Of a DNA stretch of 64,000 nucleotides, positions 11,392 through 23,042 are shown piece by piece. The position numbers and the translations under genes are program-made. The first letter of the stretch is position 1, and the number at the start of each line of letters is the position of its first letter. Source of the DNA: an uncultured Gemmatimonadales bacterium (GTDB lineage: Bacteria; Gemmatimonadota; Gemmatimonadetes; Gemmatimonadales; GWC2-71-9); NCBI GenBank assembly GCA_963739455.1, contig CAVUAK010000001.1:1760001-1824000 (forward strand). The letters are read 5' to 3'. The notes beneath the pieces are model-generated. The model made no database searches and was not told where the DNA came from. It saw only the letters and a list, made by a program, of their open reading frames with translations.

Positions 11392-12088
11392 GTCAGTGAA
11401 ACGCCTGTCGGCGACGGTTTGGTTCCCCAGTGGCTCGCGATCGAGCGCCCGGCCCAGCGACGCCACCACTGCATCGCGGGTGCGGGCGAACAGCTGGTCG
11501 GGCGCCTCCGTGGCACCGAGTTCGGCGGCCACGCTCGTCATCACCACCTGCTGGATGCCACACGGCACGATCAGGTCGAATCCATCGAGGTCGTTCACCA
11601 CGTTCAGGGCGAAGCCGTGCAGCGTCACCCATCGCTTCACGTGCACTCCCATGCTCGCGATCTTGCGCCCGGCGGTCCACACGCCGGTGTAGCCGGGGTT
11701 CCGGTCGGCCGGAATGCCGAGGGACTCGAGGGCGTCGATGAGCGCATCCTCGAGCGAGCGCAGGTACCAGTGCAGGTCTTCCCGCATGCGCCGCAGGTCC
11801 ACGATCGGGTATCCCACCAGCTGTCCCGGCCCGTGCCAGGTCACGTCGCCACCCCGCTCCACTTCATGCACGCCCACGCCCTGTCGCGCGATCGCCTCGG
11901 GCGGGAGCGGCAGGCTCGACGGCCTGCGTGGTGCGACCGAGGGTGACCACCGGTTCGTGCTCCACCAGCAGGAGAATGTCCTCGAGGCCATGATCGGGCG
12001 ACCCGCGCTCCGCGCAAAGCCGGCGCTGCAGCTCCAGCGTCTCGGCGTAGCCCCGGCGGCCGAGGTCGATGACCCGGAGCGGAAGCAT
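11388..12088 (-). CDS. lipB: Lipoyl(octanoyl) transferase (frameshifted)
   Basis: LVEHEPVVTLGR, ERGGDVTWHGPGQLVGYPI, RKIASMGVH, HGFALN, IVPCGI. Confidence 0.93.
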
Positions 12089-12534
12089 CAGTGCCGCCGA
12101 CCGCGGCCCCGCCGCCCAGAGCGCGCCGACGGCCACGAGTGCCGTGCCACCCGCCATGACGAGCAGGCCCTTGTCGCCGAAGTGATAGTGAATCGGCGTT
12201 GCCGCGAGCGCGCCCACCATCGTGCCCAGCGCGCTGATCATCGAGAACACTCCCCGGCGCCACACGGCGGTGAGCGGCGCCAGCCGCCACCACGCGAGGC
12301 CGGCGGCCAGCAACGACGATGACAGCACGCCGCCCACCAGCAGCGGAAAGGCCGGCCCGGCGCCCGGCGACGCGGCCGCGGACCCTGGTGTCCGATCAGC
12401 ATGCGCACCCCCCAGAGCACCAGCGCCACGCTCGATGTTCCCGCGAGCGTGGCGCCAATGAGGGTCCGGATCACGAGCCCCGGGCGGTCCCGGGCTGGGT
12501 CGACGGGTTCACCGCCGACGTTCGTCAGCGTCAC
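12088..12534 (-). CDS. Hypothetical membrane protein of about 4 TM (frameshifted)
   Basis: Hydrophobic segments TLIGATLAGTSSVALVLWG / GGVLSSSLLAAGLAWW / GLLVMAGGTALVAVGALW; coupled to lpdA (GTGA) and lipB (TGATG). Confidence 0.6.
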
Positions 12535-13926
12535 GTATTCAGCACCCGTCCCATCGAATCGAGGGCGGCCTCGGCGATCGCCTCCGAGAGCGTCGGATGC
12601 GCATGGATGGCAAGATCTACTTCCTCGACGGTGTACTCGTTCTCGCGCGCCACCACCAGCTCGTGGATCATCTCCGACGCATGGCTCGCCACGATGTGCG
12701 CGCCGAGGATCTCGCCGTACTTCTTGTCGCGGATGATCTTGACGAATCCCTCCGTCTCGTTCGACGCCCGCGCCCGTCCGTTGGCGCTCATGGGGAAGCG
12801 TCCGACCTGGTAGTCGAGCTTCTTCTCCTTGCACTGTTCCTCGGTGAGCCCGATGCTGGCCACCTCGGGATGGCAGTAGGTGACGCTCGGCACGTTGTCG
12901 TACTTGATCGGGTGCGGATGCTGTCCCGCGATCGTCTCCGCGACGTTGACGCCCTCGCGGCTGCCCTTGTGCGCGAGCATCGGCGGACCGGCCACGTCGC
13001 CGATGCAGTAGTAGCCCGGGGCCGTCGTCTGCAGCGTGCGCAGGTCGACCTTGATGAAGCCGCGATCGGTGAGCTGGATGCCGCACTCCTTCAGGCCCAG
13101 GTCTTCCGTGTTCACCGCGCGACCTGCCGCCATGAGCACCTTCTCCACCTCGATCGTCTCCGCCTTGCCGCCCACTTCGACGGTGAGCGTGACGCCATCC
13201 TTCCGCACGTCGGCCTTCATCACCTTGGCTCCGGCGTGGACGGCGATGCCGCGCTTCCGGAAGCTCTTGGTGAGCACGTCGGAGCTCTCGATGTCCTCGA
13301 TCGGGAGGATCCGGGGCAGCGCCTCGATGAGCGTCACCTTCGAGCCGAAGGCGGAGAAGATGTCGGCGAACTCGCTGCCCACGGCGCCGGCACCGATCAC
13401 GGCCAGCGTCTTCGGGGCCTGCTCCAGGAACAGCGCCTCGTCGGAGCTGATCACCGTCGTCTTGTTGATCTCGAGCCCGATCTGCGGAATGCCCTTCACG
13501 CGGGACCCGGTCGCGATCACGATCGCCTTGGTGGCGCTGTGGACCTCGGCGCCGACCTTCACCTTGCGGCCCGGCTGCAGCACGCCGTGACCCTTGATGA
13601 CGGTCGACCTTGTGCTTCTTCATCAGGAACTCGACGCCCTTCGAGTTCTGTTCCGACACCTTGCGTGAGCGCTTCATGGCGACGCCGTAGTCGGTCTTGA
13701 TCGGCCCGGTCTCGATGCCGAGGTCCTTCGTGCCGTGCGCCAGGATGCTGGCCAGCCAGGCGCTGTGCAGCAGGGCCTTGGTGGGGATGCAACCGATGTT
13801 GACGCAGACGCCGCCGAGCTTCTCCTGCTCAACCACGGCGGTGGAGAGTCCCAGCTGCGCGGCGCGAATGGCGCACGTATAGCCGGCGGGGCCGCCGCCA
13901 AGGATGATCACGTCGAATTGAGCCAC
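12531..13926 (-). CDS. lpdA: Dihydrolipoamide dehydrogenase (E3), frameshift near 13600
   Basis: GGGPAGY, GGVCVNIGCIPTK, GAGAVGSE, HAHPTLSE. Confidence 0.96.
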
Positions 13927-13934
13927 AGTATCCT

Positions 13935-14032
13935 CAGTCGTGAGTCGTCAGTCGTCAGTCGTGAGTGAGTCGGCAGGCGCAAGAACCAGCTGCCGACTCA
14001 CTGTCGACTGCCGACTCACGACTGTCGACTCC
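13935..14032. repeat. Inverted pair of heptamer arrays [(C/G)AGTCG(T/A/G)]n forming a long intergenic hairpin
   Basis: cagtcgt gagtcgt cagtcgt cagtcgt g-AGTGAGTCGGCAG...CTGCCGACTCACT-gtcg actgccg actcacg actgtcg. Confidence 0.8.
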
Positions 14033-14033
14033 C

Positions 14034-15324
14034 CTACCACACCATCCCCAGCGGGTTCTCCAGCATCCGCACCAGCGTCCGCAGGAACTGCGCGCCAGTG
14101 GCCCCGTCGATGATCCGGTGATCGCAGGACATCGTGAGCCGCAGCCGCTTCCGGATCGCCAGCTGTCCCTCGTGCGCCACCGCCTGGTCGGCGATGCGGC
14201 CGACCGCCAGGATGCCTGCCTCAGGCGGGTTGATGATCGCGGTGAATTCATCGATGTCGAACATGCCGAGGTTCGACACCGAGAAGGTGCCGCCGGTGTA
14301 CTCCTCCGGCTTCAGCTTTCGCTCGCGCGCACGCAGCGCCAGGTCCTTCGCCTCGGCGCCGATTTCCCGCAGCGTCTTCTGGTCGGCGTGACGGATGATC
14401 GGCGTGATCAAGCCGTCCTCCACCGCCACCGCCATGGCGACGTGCACGTCGGCCCAGTAGCGGATCCTGTCCTCCTGCCACCAGGCGTTGCACGCCGGAT
14501 GCTGCTTCAGCGCCAGCGCCGTCGCCTTGATGACGATGTCGTTGAACGACACCTTGCCCTCGCCCAGCGCATTGAGCCCCTCGCGTGCCTCGGCGGCGCG
14601 CGTCATGTCGGCTTCGGCAGTGAGGTAGAAGGTCGGGATCGGGCCGATCGACTGTGCCAGGCGCTTGGAGATCGTCTTCCGGATCTGGGTCAGCGGAACA
14701 TCCTGGAAGCTCGCTCCTGCGGCAGGCGTGAGGACGTGAGGACGTGAGGGTGCTGCGGATGCCGACGGGGCAGCGGCTGGCGCCTGCTCCCTGTCCGCCT
14801 GCTCGCCTCGCGGCTCGCCCGCGGTCTCCACGTCCCGCAGCACGATGCGACCTTCGGGCCCGGTGCCGGTGACCGCCTGCAGGTCGAGTCCGCGATCGGC
14901 GGCAATGCGTCGCGCGAGCGGTGACGCCTTGAGCCGTCCTCCCGCAGCCGGGGCAGGCGGCGCCGCAACGGCGGTTGCCGCCGGAACCGCGGGAGCCTTC
15001 TCTCGACCATTCGCCGCGCTTGCCGCCTGCCGTTTCCTGCCGCCCTGCCGCTCCTGCCGCCGCCGCACCCGCCTCCACCACCTCGCCCGCCGCTCCGATG
15101 TACGCCAGCGCCTGACCTACCGGCACCGTCGTGCCCGCCGCGACCGCATGCTGCAGCAGCGTGCCCGCGGCACGCGCGAGCAGCTCCATCACCGCCTTGT
15201 CCGTCTCGACCTCGGCGAGGATATCGCCGACGGCGACGGCGTCACCCGGCTGCTTCTTCCACTCGACGAGACGACCCTCCTCCATGGTGGGAGAGAGCGC
15301 CTCCATCACTACGGTCGTTGCCAT
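14034..15324 (-). CDS. pdhC: Pyruvate dehydrogenase E2 dihydrolipoamide acetyltransferase (frameshift near 15060)
   Basis: [13 protein letters not shown] lipoyl site, [22 protein letters not shown]. Confidence 0.95.
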
Positions 15325-15333
15325 TCTGCCTCG

Positions 15334-15365
15334 CTCACGACTGACGACTGACCACTCACGACTCG
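15334..15365. repeat. Heptamer tandem repeat CT(C/G)AC(G/C)A x4, same family as 13935-14032
   Basis: ctcacga ctgacga ctgacca ctcacga overlapping the pdhB stop. Confidence 0.7.
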
Positions 15366-16340
15366 AGATACATCACGCGCTTCACGGCGGCGATGACCTT
15401 TGGTGGGTCGGCCTTCGAGGCCTTCTCGAGATGCTTGTTGTACGGCATCGGTACATCCGCGCCGGTTACGCGCAGGACGGGCGAGTCGAGCTCGTCGAAG
15501 ATCTCCCGCTGGATCACGTCGACGACCTGCGCCCCGACGCCGGCGAACGACCATCCTTCCTCCACGACCACGGCGCGATGCGTCTTGCTCAACCGACGCG
15601 AGGATCGTCTCGTGGTCGAGCGGGCGGATGGTGCGAAGGTCCACCACTTCGGCATCGATGCCCTCGGCCGCCAGCTGCTCCGCCGCCTTGAGCGCCACGC
15701 TCACCGTCTTCGAGTGGCAGATGAGTGTCACGTCGGTGCCCTCGCGCTTCACGTCGGCCTTGCCGATCGGCGTGAGGTACTCGCCCTCGGGCACTTCGCC
15801 CTTGGTGTTGTAGAGCATCTCGCCCTCGATGAACACCACCGGGTCCTCGTCGCGGATGGCGCTCTTGAGCAGCCCCTTCGCGTCGGCCGGCGTTGCCGGC
15901 ATCACCACCTTGAGCCCCGGGATGTGCGCGTACCACGATTCGAAGGCCTGCGAGTGCTGCGCGGCGAGCTGCAGCGCCGAGCCGCCCGGCCCGCGGAACA
16001 CCGCGGGCACGCTGATCTGGCCGCCCGACATGTAGCGCATCTTGGCGGCGGTGTTCACGACCTGGTCGATGGCGAGGAGCGCGAAGTTCCACGTCATGAA
16101 CTCGACGATGGGCCTGAGGCCGACCATGGCGGCGCCGACGCCGACGCCGGCGAAGCCCAGCTCGGTGATCGGCGTGTCCACGACGCGCATCGGGCCGAAC
16201 TCGTCCAGGAGGCCGCGGCTCACCTTGTAGGCGCCCTGGTAGACGCCCACTTCCTCGCCCATCAGGAACACCGACGGGTCGAGCCGCATCTCTTCACGAA
16301 TCGCCTGGTTGAGCGCATCGCGATAGGTGATGACCGCCAC
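15356..16340 (-). CDS. pdhB: Pyruvate dehydrogenase E1 beta (frameshift near 15590)
   Basis: [44 protein letters not shown]. Confidence 0.96.
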
Positions 16341-17385
16341 TGATCGACGGCCCTCCCGGCATACACATCGGTCCAGAGTTCGCCGGGCTCCGGGTCCGGA
16401 GCGGCGTCGGCGAACCGGTAGGCATCCTCCACCTCGGAGATGACATCGGCGTCCAGTGCCTTGATGCCTTTCTCGTCGATGAGTCCGTCGGCCTTCAGCT
16501 TCTCGGACCACACCAGGATCGGGTCGCGCTTGCGGTGCTCCTCGACCTCTTCCCGCGTGCGGTAGTGCCCGTGGATCGGGTCGGACATCGAGTGGCCCAT
16601 GAAGCGGTAGGTGCGGATCTCGAGCAGGGTGGGGTGCTTGTTCTCGCGCGCGCGCTTCACCGCGCGTGCCATCGCCTCGTACACCACCAGCACGTCCTGG
16701 CCGTCCACGATCTCACGGTCCATGTCGTAGGAACCGGCCCGCTCGGAGATGTCGTACACGGCGCTGGCGCGCTCGAGCGCCGTGCCCATGCCGTAGCGGT
16801 TGTTCTCGCAGATGTAGATCGCCGGGCAGCTTCCACAGCGCCGCCATGTTGAGCGCCTCGTGGAACGCCCCGTTGTTCACCGCCGCCTCGCCGAAGTAGC
16901 ACACCGCGACGCGGTCCTCTTCCCGGTACTTGATGGCGAAGGCCATGCCCGTGGTGAGCGGAATGTGCCCGCCGACGATGCCGTGCCCGCCGAGGAAGCC
17001 GAGCGAGGCGTCGATCAGGTGCATCGACCCGCCCTTGCCGTGAGAGCATCCCGGCGGCCTTGCCGAACAGCTCCGCCATGGCGGCCCGCGCGCTCATGCC
17101 TCGCGCCAGCGCGTGACCATGCTCGCGGTACGACGCGGTGATGTAGTCGTCCGCGCGCATCGCGGCGAGCGAACCCACCGCCACCGCTTCCTGCCCGATG
17201 TAGAGGTGGCAGAAGCCGCCGATCTTGCCCAGGCTGTAGGCCTCGCCCGCCTTCTCCTCGAAGCGGCGGATGAGCAGCATCTGGCGGAGCCAGGAGCGCT
17301 GGGTGTCGGCGTCCGGAGCCGCTGCGGCCGCGGTGATCGCGCCGCGTCGCGCTGCGGCCTTCGGCTTTCTCTCCGTGGTCTTCAC
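16341..17385 (-). CDS. pdhA: Pyruvate dehydrogenase E1 alpha (frameshifted; 3' end approximate)
   Basis: [51 protein letters not shown]. Confidence 0.95.
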
Positions 17386-18386
17386 GCCGCTCCTCCTGCC
17401 GCCTTGCCGCCCTGACTTCCTGCCGCCTGTCCTCTCGCCGCATCGATCTGCTCCCACGCATGGTACGACGACCGCGTCAGCGGACTCGCCTGCACGTGCG
17501 AGAACCCGAGGCGCATGCCGATCTCGCGCAGTTCCGCGAATTCATCCGGCGTGTAGTAGCGCACGATCGGCAGGTGTCCGTCGGTGGGACGCAGGTACTG
17601 GCCCAGGGTGAGGATGTTCACGTCGCTCCGGCGCAGGTCGCGCATGCACTCGATGACCTCGTCCCACTCCTCGCCCATGCCGAGGATGATCCCCGACTTG
17701 GTGAGCGCGTCGGGCGCGATGCGCCGGGCATTCGCCAGCAGGCGCAACGCGCGGTCATAGCGGCCGCCCGGTCGCGCCAGGCGATAGAGTCGCTCTGCCG
17801 TCTCGAGGTTGTGATTGAGGATGTCGGGCTTCGCCGCCATCACGATGGCGAGCGCCGCTTCCGAGCCGCGAAAATCGGGGATCAGCACTTCCACGGACGA
17901 GTCGGGCAGGCGGGACTTGATCTCGGTGATGCAGGCCGCGAACGCCTCGGCGCCGCCGTTCGGCAGGTCATCCCGGTCGACCGAGGTGATGACCACATGC
18001 TCCAGTCCCATGCGCGCCACTGCTTCGGCAAGCCGGACCGGCTCGACGGGGTCGTATGCGAGCGGCGTTCCGTGGGATACCGCGCAGTAGGTGCAGTTCC
18101 TGGTGCAGACGTCGCCCAGGATCATGAAGGTGGCGGCCTTGTGCTCCCAGCACTCCCCGATGTTGGGGCAGCGCGCCTCTTCGCAGACGGTGTGCAGGCC
18201 GAGCTCTCGCATCATGGCCTTGACCTGCCCGTAGGTCGGACCGCCCGGTGCCTTGACCTTGAGCCACGCCGGCTTGCGGGCCGTCGCAATGGGCACGGGC
18301 GCCGGTCCGGACGGCTCGGCTGGCCGACGGTTCAACTCCATGATTGGCAGCGCCAGGCCCACGCCAAATCCCCTTTCAGCAGGCAT
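17382..18386 (-). CDS. lipA: Lipoyl synthase (start uncertain)
   Basis: [12 protein letters not shown] and CTRNCTYC motifs, RSSYHA. Confidence 0.97.
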   Translation of the reverse strand: MPAERGFGVGLALPIMELNRRPAEPSGPAPVPIATARKPAWLKVKAPGGPTYGQVKAMMRELGLHTVCEEARCPNIGECWEHKAATFMILGDVCTRNCTYCAVSHGTPLAYDPVEPVRLAEAVARMGLEHVVITSVDRDDLPNGGAEAFAACITEIKSRLPDSSVEVLIPDFRGSEAALAIVMAAKPDILNHNLETAERLYRLARPGGRYDRALRLLANARRIAPDALTKSGIILGMGEEWDEVIECMRDLRRSDVNILTLGQYLRPTDGHLPIVRYYTPDEFAELREIGMRLGFSHVQASPLTRSSYHAWEQIDAARGQAAGSQGGKAAGGAA

Positions 18387-18482
18387 TTCCGAAGCGCCCA
18401 AAGATAACGGCCCGAAGGGGTGTTCACCACGGCAGCGATGGAGGGTTAAATTGGGCCACGTTCATCCTCACGGAGCCCTGGA

Positions 18483-18939
18483 ATGCGCGCACGGATCCCG
18501 CTCGTGGCCGGACTTTTCGCTATCGCCGCTGGTTGCAGTTCTTCCTATGCCGGTCAGGCCACCGGCGTGGTACCAATGAAGGCGCCCAGCGATGCCCTGG
18601 CGTGCCTCATCAAGGCCGCCGAGGCCAATGGCTACAAGCAGGTCAGGGCCGATTCCGGCTCCGGCGATGCGCTCGGCCGTCATGCGCAAGGAGCAGACGC
18701 AGGAACAGGCGCGGAGCGGCGACGTGAACGAGTACTACCAGGGCGACGAGCTCAAGCTCGCCACGTCGCCCGGCACCAACGGCACCGTCAATGCCAGCGT
18801 CACCCCGTTCTTTGCCATCGTGACGCGCACCGCAGCGGGACCGAACACGACCTCGTACCCACCCAAGGACTCCGCCATCGCCGTGGCACCCCTGGTCATG
18901 AACGCATGCGGCAAGAGCGCTCCGGCGGGGGCGAAGTGA
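18483..18939 (+). CDS. Hypothetical lipoprotein A (frameshift near 18675)
   Basis: Lipobox IAAGC, GGAG RBS; C-terminal half in ORF 18592..18939; paralog of next gene. Confidence 0.7.
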
Positions 18940-19382
18940 AGCGCCCCCGCCTTGCCTTCGTGGTGACGGTTGCCACCCTCGTCGCCTGCGGTGCGGCAGC
19001 GCAACCGGCCATGGAAACGATCATCCCGCCGGCGAATGGCAACGCCGCGGTCATCAATTGCCTCGTGGACCAGTCAACCGAACTGGGCTACCGGGTGCTG
19101 CGGAAGAATCCGGGCCAGGGCTTCCTCGAGGCTGAACGCCGCGGAGCCCCGCTCAGGGGAGATGCGAGAAAGTACGCTGCCGGTGACCGCTTCACCGTGC
19201 AGCGCGGCAGCAAGGGCAAGGATGGCATTCGCCCGCTCGACCTGAACATGACGTCGTTCCGGATGGACTTCCTGGTGAATGGCCCGCAGCAGACGCTTGC
19301 CGCGCCCAGCGACACCGGGAAGGCAGACCTGGCGATCTTCATGAGGGAGTGTGGCCCAATGGCGCCGGGCGCCTCACAGTAG
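18936..19382 (+). CDS. Hypothetical lipoprotein B, paralog of A
   Basis: GTG overlapping A stop; lipobox LVAC; shared motifs with A. Confidence 0.7.
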   Translation: MKRPRLAFVVTVATLVACGAAAQPAMETIIPPANGNAAVINCLVDQSTELGYRVLRKNPGQGFLEAERRGAPLRGDARKYAAGDRFTVQRGSKGKDGIRPLDLNMTSFRMDFLVNGPQQTLAAPSDTGKADLAIFMRECGPMAPGASQ

Positions 19383-19428
19383 CGCTCAGGGCTCGTTGGA
19401 CCGCAATGGTGGAGGGACAGGAAACACA

Positions 19429-19454
19429 AAGGGCGACCCAACCGGGTCGCCCTT
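19429..19454 (-). terminator. Intrinsic terminator of the porin gene (possibly bidirectional)
   Basis: AAGGGCGACCC-aacc-GGGTCGCCCTT hairpin, T-rich tail on minus strand. Confidence 0.75.
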
Positions 19455-19475
19455 CGCTTGTTACCCTGCGTGGAA

Positions 19476-20748
19476 CTAGAAGAACAGCATCAAGCCAACG
19501 GCGCCCTGGTTGCCCTTGGCGACGGTCTCGCTGTTCGTGTCCGTGCCAGTGTAGGCCTTGCTGGCGAAGTTCGTGTACTCAGCCACGAACCGGAGCGACT
19601 TGGTCCAGTGATACGTGAACTGGCCAACCCACGCGTTGCGGTTCGCGAACTGCCCAGCGCCGCCGAAGATGTCGGCCTTTTCGTCATCCGTAAGGTGCAG
19701 CGAGTTCTGGCCATAGCTGGCGCCAAGGCTCACCTTGCCGTTCGGGAGGGTGTACATCGCCTGAACGATGAAGCCCTGCGAGCTGCGGGCGTTGCCGAAG
19801 TCATCGACACCATCGCCGATGATGCCGCCGCCGATGAAGGCGTCGCCCTCGAACGTGCTGCCGAGGCCGCTGGCCAGGAAACCGGACGCCATGATCGAGA
19901 AGCCGGAGATGTCGAACTTGCCACCCAGCGCGAGGCCGGTGGTGCTGATGCCCGGGTTGTCGACGCCATCGGGAACGGCCGAGAACTCCTGCACATGGCC
20001 GTACATACCGTCAACCCAGACGAGAACGGTGTTCTTGGTGTTCTTCATCTTCGGCTTGAACGTGATTTCCGTCTCGAAGCGCGGAATGTCGCCGTAGGAG
20101 TACGGTGTATCGCTGCTGGCGCCGGTCGTGGTCGGCTCGAACACGCCGAACGAGATCTGCGCCGTCTTGCCGGCCGGCGAGGAGTACGTGAACTGTCCAC
20201 GGAAGTCCGTGTACAGGTAGCCGTAGCCGATGCGGCCGAGGGCCGTGCCACGGAAGCCCGATGTTCACGCCTGCGCCGAACAGGGTCATGTCGGTGAGGA
20301 TCGCCTGGCGCTCGAAGAGGCCAAGTTCCTTACCGGCGAGAATCTGACCCCAGGTGCCACCGACGGTCAGGTACACCTGACGCATATCGATCTGGGCGCC
20401 GGCGGCGTCTGTGCCGAAGCTGGATGCGACATTGCGACCGGCGGACACCTGCGGAGCGAATCCGAAGTGAATGCCGAGGTCGGTGTTGCCTTCCTTGCCC
20501 TTCGCTTCGAACGTGAAGAAGGCCGGGAGAAGGCCGGTGCCGATACCGTTCAGCTTGCCGGACGTTGAAAAGTTGCCACTGCCATCGGTATCCAGCGACG
20601 AGTTCGTCGTGTAGATCCAGAACGCGTTGACGTTGCCGGCAAACGTGGCGCTCCAGCCATTCGTCATCTGCATGGTCAGCTGGGCGTCGGCGGTATTCAC
20701 CGCGCCCACGAGCGCGAGTCCCGCCAGAACCAATCCGAGACGCTTCAT
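19476..20748 (-). CDS. Outer-membrane porin (frameshift near 20255)
   Basis: Signal peptide ending ADA-Q, IDMRQVYLTVGGTWGQILAGK, beta-strand pattern, terminal Phe; AAGGAG RBS. Confidence 0.8.
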
Positions 20749-21062
20749 AGACTCCTTCCCTCACTGTTGAGTGATCGTGCGGAAATCATTTTACTCCTTG
20801 ACTGCCCGTACATTTGCCCTCGTTACCCAGTCGCGCCATGGCAACTTCGGCGCCGGGGACCCAGGACCCTGCTGTTCAGTTGCTTGACGTCAACACCTCG
20901 GCGACAACCTCCTGATGAGAGGACGCCGCGCCGGAACGCCCGAGGACCAGTGGGCGCTCGCGACCGGCAAGCGGGGACGTGGTGCAATTGGATGCGAGTT
21001 GAGGCGGAAGCGGGAGGGAGACGAGGTCGAAGGACCGGGAATTCAGCCCAGGCCAGCAATTA

Positions 21063-21112
21063 TTCCAATCCACGCATACCGTCCGGCAGGGCCGGACGAC
21101 GCGGGATTGGAA
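21063..21112. other. Long intergenic inverted repeat / RNA hairpin upstream of the porin
   Basis: TTCCAATCC...GGATTGGAA outer stem enclosing CGTCCGGC...GCCGGACG inner stem. Confidence 0.6.
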
Positions 21113-21408
21113 CACTGGTACCTGTGTCGGCTAAAGCCCATTCAGCTCGCTCCGGTTGCCGCTTACGGCCCGAAAAGTGGCGAAGACCAATAACTGCAAA
21201 ACATTCAATTACAATGACTTGGAAAGCTGTCACCATATGCGCGACGCGTCAGGAATTGGACGTCGGCGCCGGCCGTAACTGCTAGCGAGACGACGCTGTC
21301 TCGTTGTACCACCATGACTTACCGCCTTCCAAAATGGCACAGAGCGCTGTGGCGTCAAGCCCCCCGGGCCATCCGGGCCGCCGCGACAAGCTCTGGCGGC
21401 ACCAAGAG

Positions 21409-21557
21409 TTAGCGGAAAAGGAGCGCCGCTTTCTTGAGCGTCATCCAGACTCCCCACAGCATCGGGACCCCCACCGCGACCCACGCCAGCGCCACCACGA
21501 ACCCAGCTCGTGCTACCCGTTGCACGCTCCTCAGCCGTCAGGCTGCGACTCAGTCAT
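21409..21557 (-). CDS. Small single-TM protein of about 48 aa associated with OFA-family MFS transporter; absent from ORF track, two indels
   Basis: MTESQP...VVALAWVAVGVPMLWGVWMTLKKAALLFR*; start overlaps MFS stop. Confidence 0.75.
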
Positions 21558-22993
21558 TGTGCCCCCTTTGCGGCGCGTTGCCGCCAACCGGCGTGCCCTG
21601 ATCGGGCAAGTAATACTTTGGGTTAACAGGCCGGACCGCCAGGTTGCAGAAGAACCCGATCACCAGCAGCGCCGGCGAGGACGTACATCGTCACGTTGTA
21701 GGCGTCAGCCGGCGCCACCCCCCGCGCCAGCTGGAACTCGCGGATGGTGTTCACCAGCCACGGGCCCAGCAGCCCCGCCACCGACCAGGCGGTCAGCAGC
21801 CGGCCGTGGATCGCACCCACGAACTGGGTGCCGAAGATGTCCGCCAGGTAGGCCGGGATGGTCGCGAATCCGCCGCCGTACATCGTCAGGATGACCACGA
21901 AGATCGCCACGAAGGCGGGCAGCAGGTTGAGCCGGCCCGCGGTCGGCACCAGCGCGTACATCGATCGCGCCAAGCGCGAAGAAGATCATGTAGGTCCGCT
22001 TCCGGCCAATCGCGTCCGACAGCGATGCCCAGCCCAGCCGGCCGACGATATTCGCCAGGCTGAGGAGGCCGGTGAAGCCGGCGGCGACACTGGCGACGTC
22101 GAGCCGCTGCTCGGGCGTCAGTTGGGCCAGCGCACCGGGTACGCCGATCAGTCGTCCGCCAAACATTTCCTGGATGAGCGGCGACGCCATGCGACAGCAC
22201 GCCGATACCGGCGCTGACGTTGAGGCAGAGCACGCCCCACAGCGCCCAGAACTGCGGCGTCTTCCACGCAACGTCCACATGGACGTTGTGCGTGGTGACC
22301 ATCGACCGCGCCTCGGGCTTCGGCGTCCAGCCTGCCGGCTTCCAGTCGGGCGCGGGGATCCGGTAGCCGAAGGCTCCGGCCAGTCATCGCCAGGAAATAC
22401 ACCATGCCAAGCACCACGAACGTCTGCCACACGCCCACCGACGTCGGCGTCGCGAAGTGCCGCATGAGCCGGTCGCCGAGCGGCGCGCCGATCATCGCGC
22501 CGCCACCGAACCCCATGATGGCCATGCCGGTCGCGAGGCCGCGGCGGTCGGGGAACCACTTGATGAGCGTGGAGACGGGCGAGATGTAGCCCAGGCCCAG
22601 GCCGCACCCGCCGATGACACCGAGCCCGAGCCAGATGAGCCAGATCTGGTGCGAGCGCGCGCCGGCGGCCGCGATGAGGAAGCCGCCGCCCCAGCAACAG
22701 GCCGCCGCCACGCCGGCCTGCCGCGGGCCGACGCGCTCGAGCCAGCGACCAAAGACCGCCGCCGACGATCCCAGGAAGAAGATGGCGATGGAAAACGTGA
22801 CGACGACCGTGCTGAGCTTCCAGTCGTCCGGCGCCGGCTGCGTGATGCCGATGGTCTGCGTCAGCGGCTTCCAGAAGACGCTCAACCCGTACGCCATGCC
22901 GATCGACAGGTGAATGGCGAGTGCCGCAGGCGGCACCAGCCATCGGTTGAATCCTGGACCGGCAATCGTGCGCTCTCGGGACAAGAGACCCAT
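21550..22993 (-). CDS. OFA family (oxalate:formate antiporter-like) MFS transporter, frameshifted
   Basis: NRWLVPPAALAIHLSIGMAYG, LGYISPVSTLIKWFPDRRGLATG, MYGGGFATIPAYLADIFG. Confidence 0.92.
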
Positions 22994-23042
22994 CGAGGCT
23001 CCGGATGTTGACGGGTGATCGCGAGTGGTGAGGCTGGTCAAG

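Noticed and set aside
10984..11991. Apparent in-frame LipB / Mo-oxidoreductase fusion
   Set aside because: Removing one base from the C4 run at 11425-11428 ends LipB with a TGA overlapping the next ATG (ATGA), the usual coupling here; likely an indel artefact
13935..14032. CRISPR-like array
   Set aside because: Units are 7 bp with no unique spacers, and there are no cas genes in the window
20749..21408. Known riboswitch or tRNA in the long intergenic region
   Set aside because: No TPP, cobalamin, SAM, FMN, c-di-GMP or tRNA consensus recognised by eye; kept only as an unknown structure
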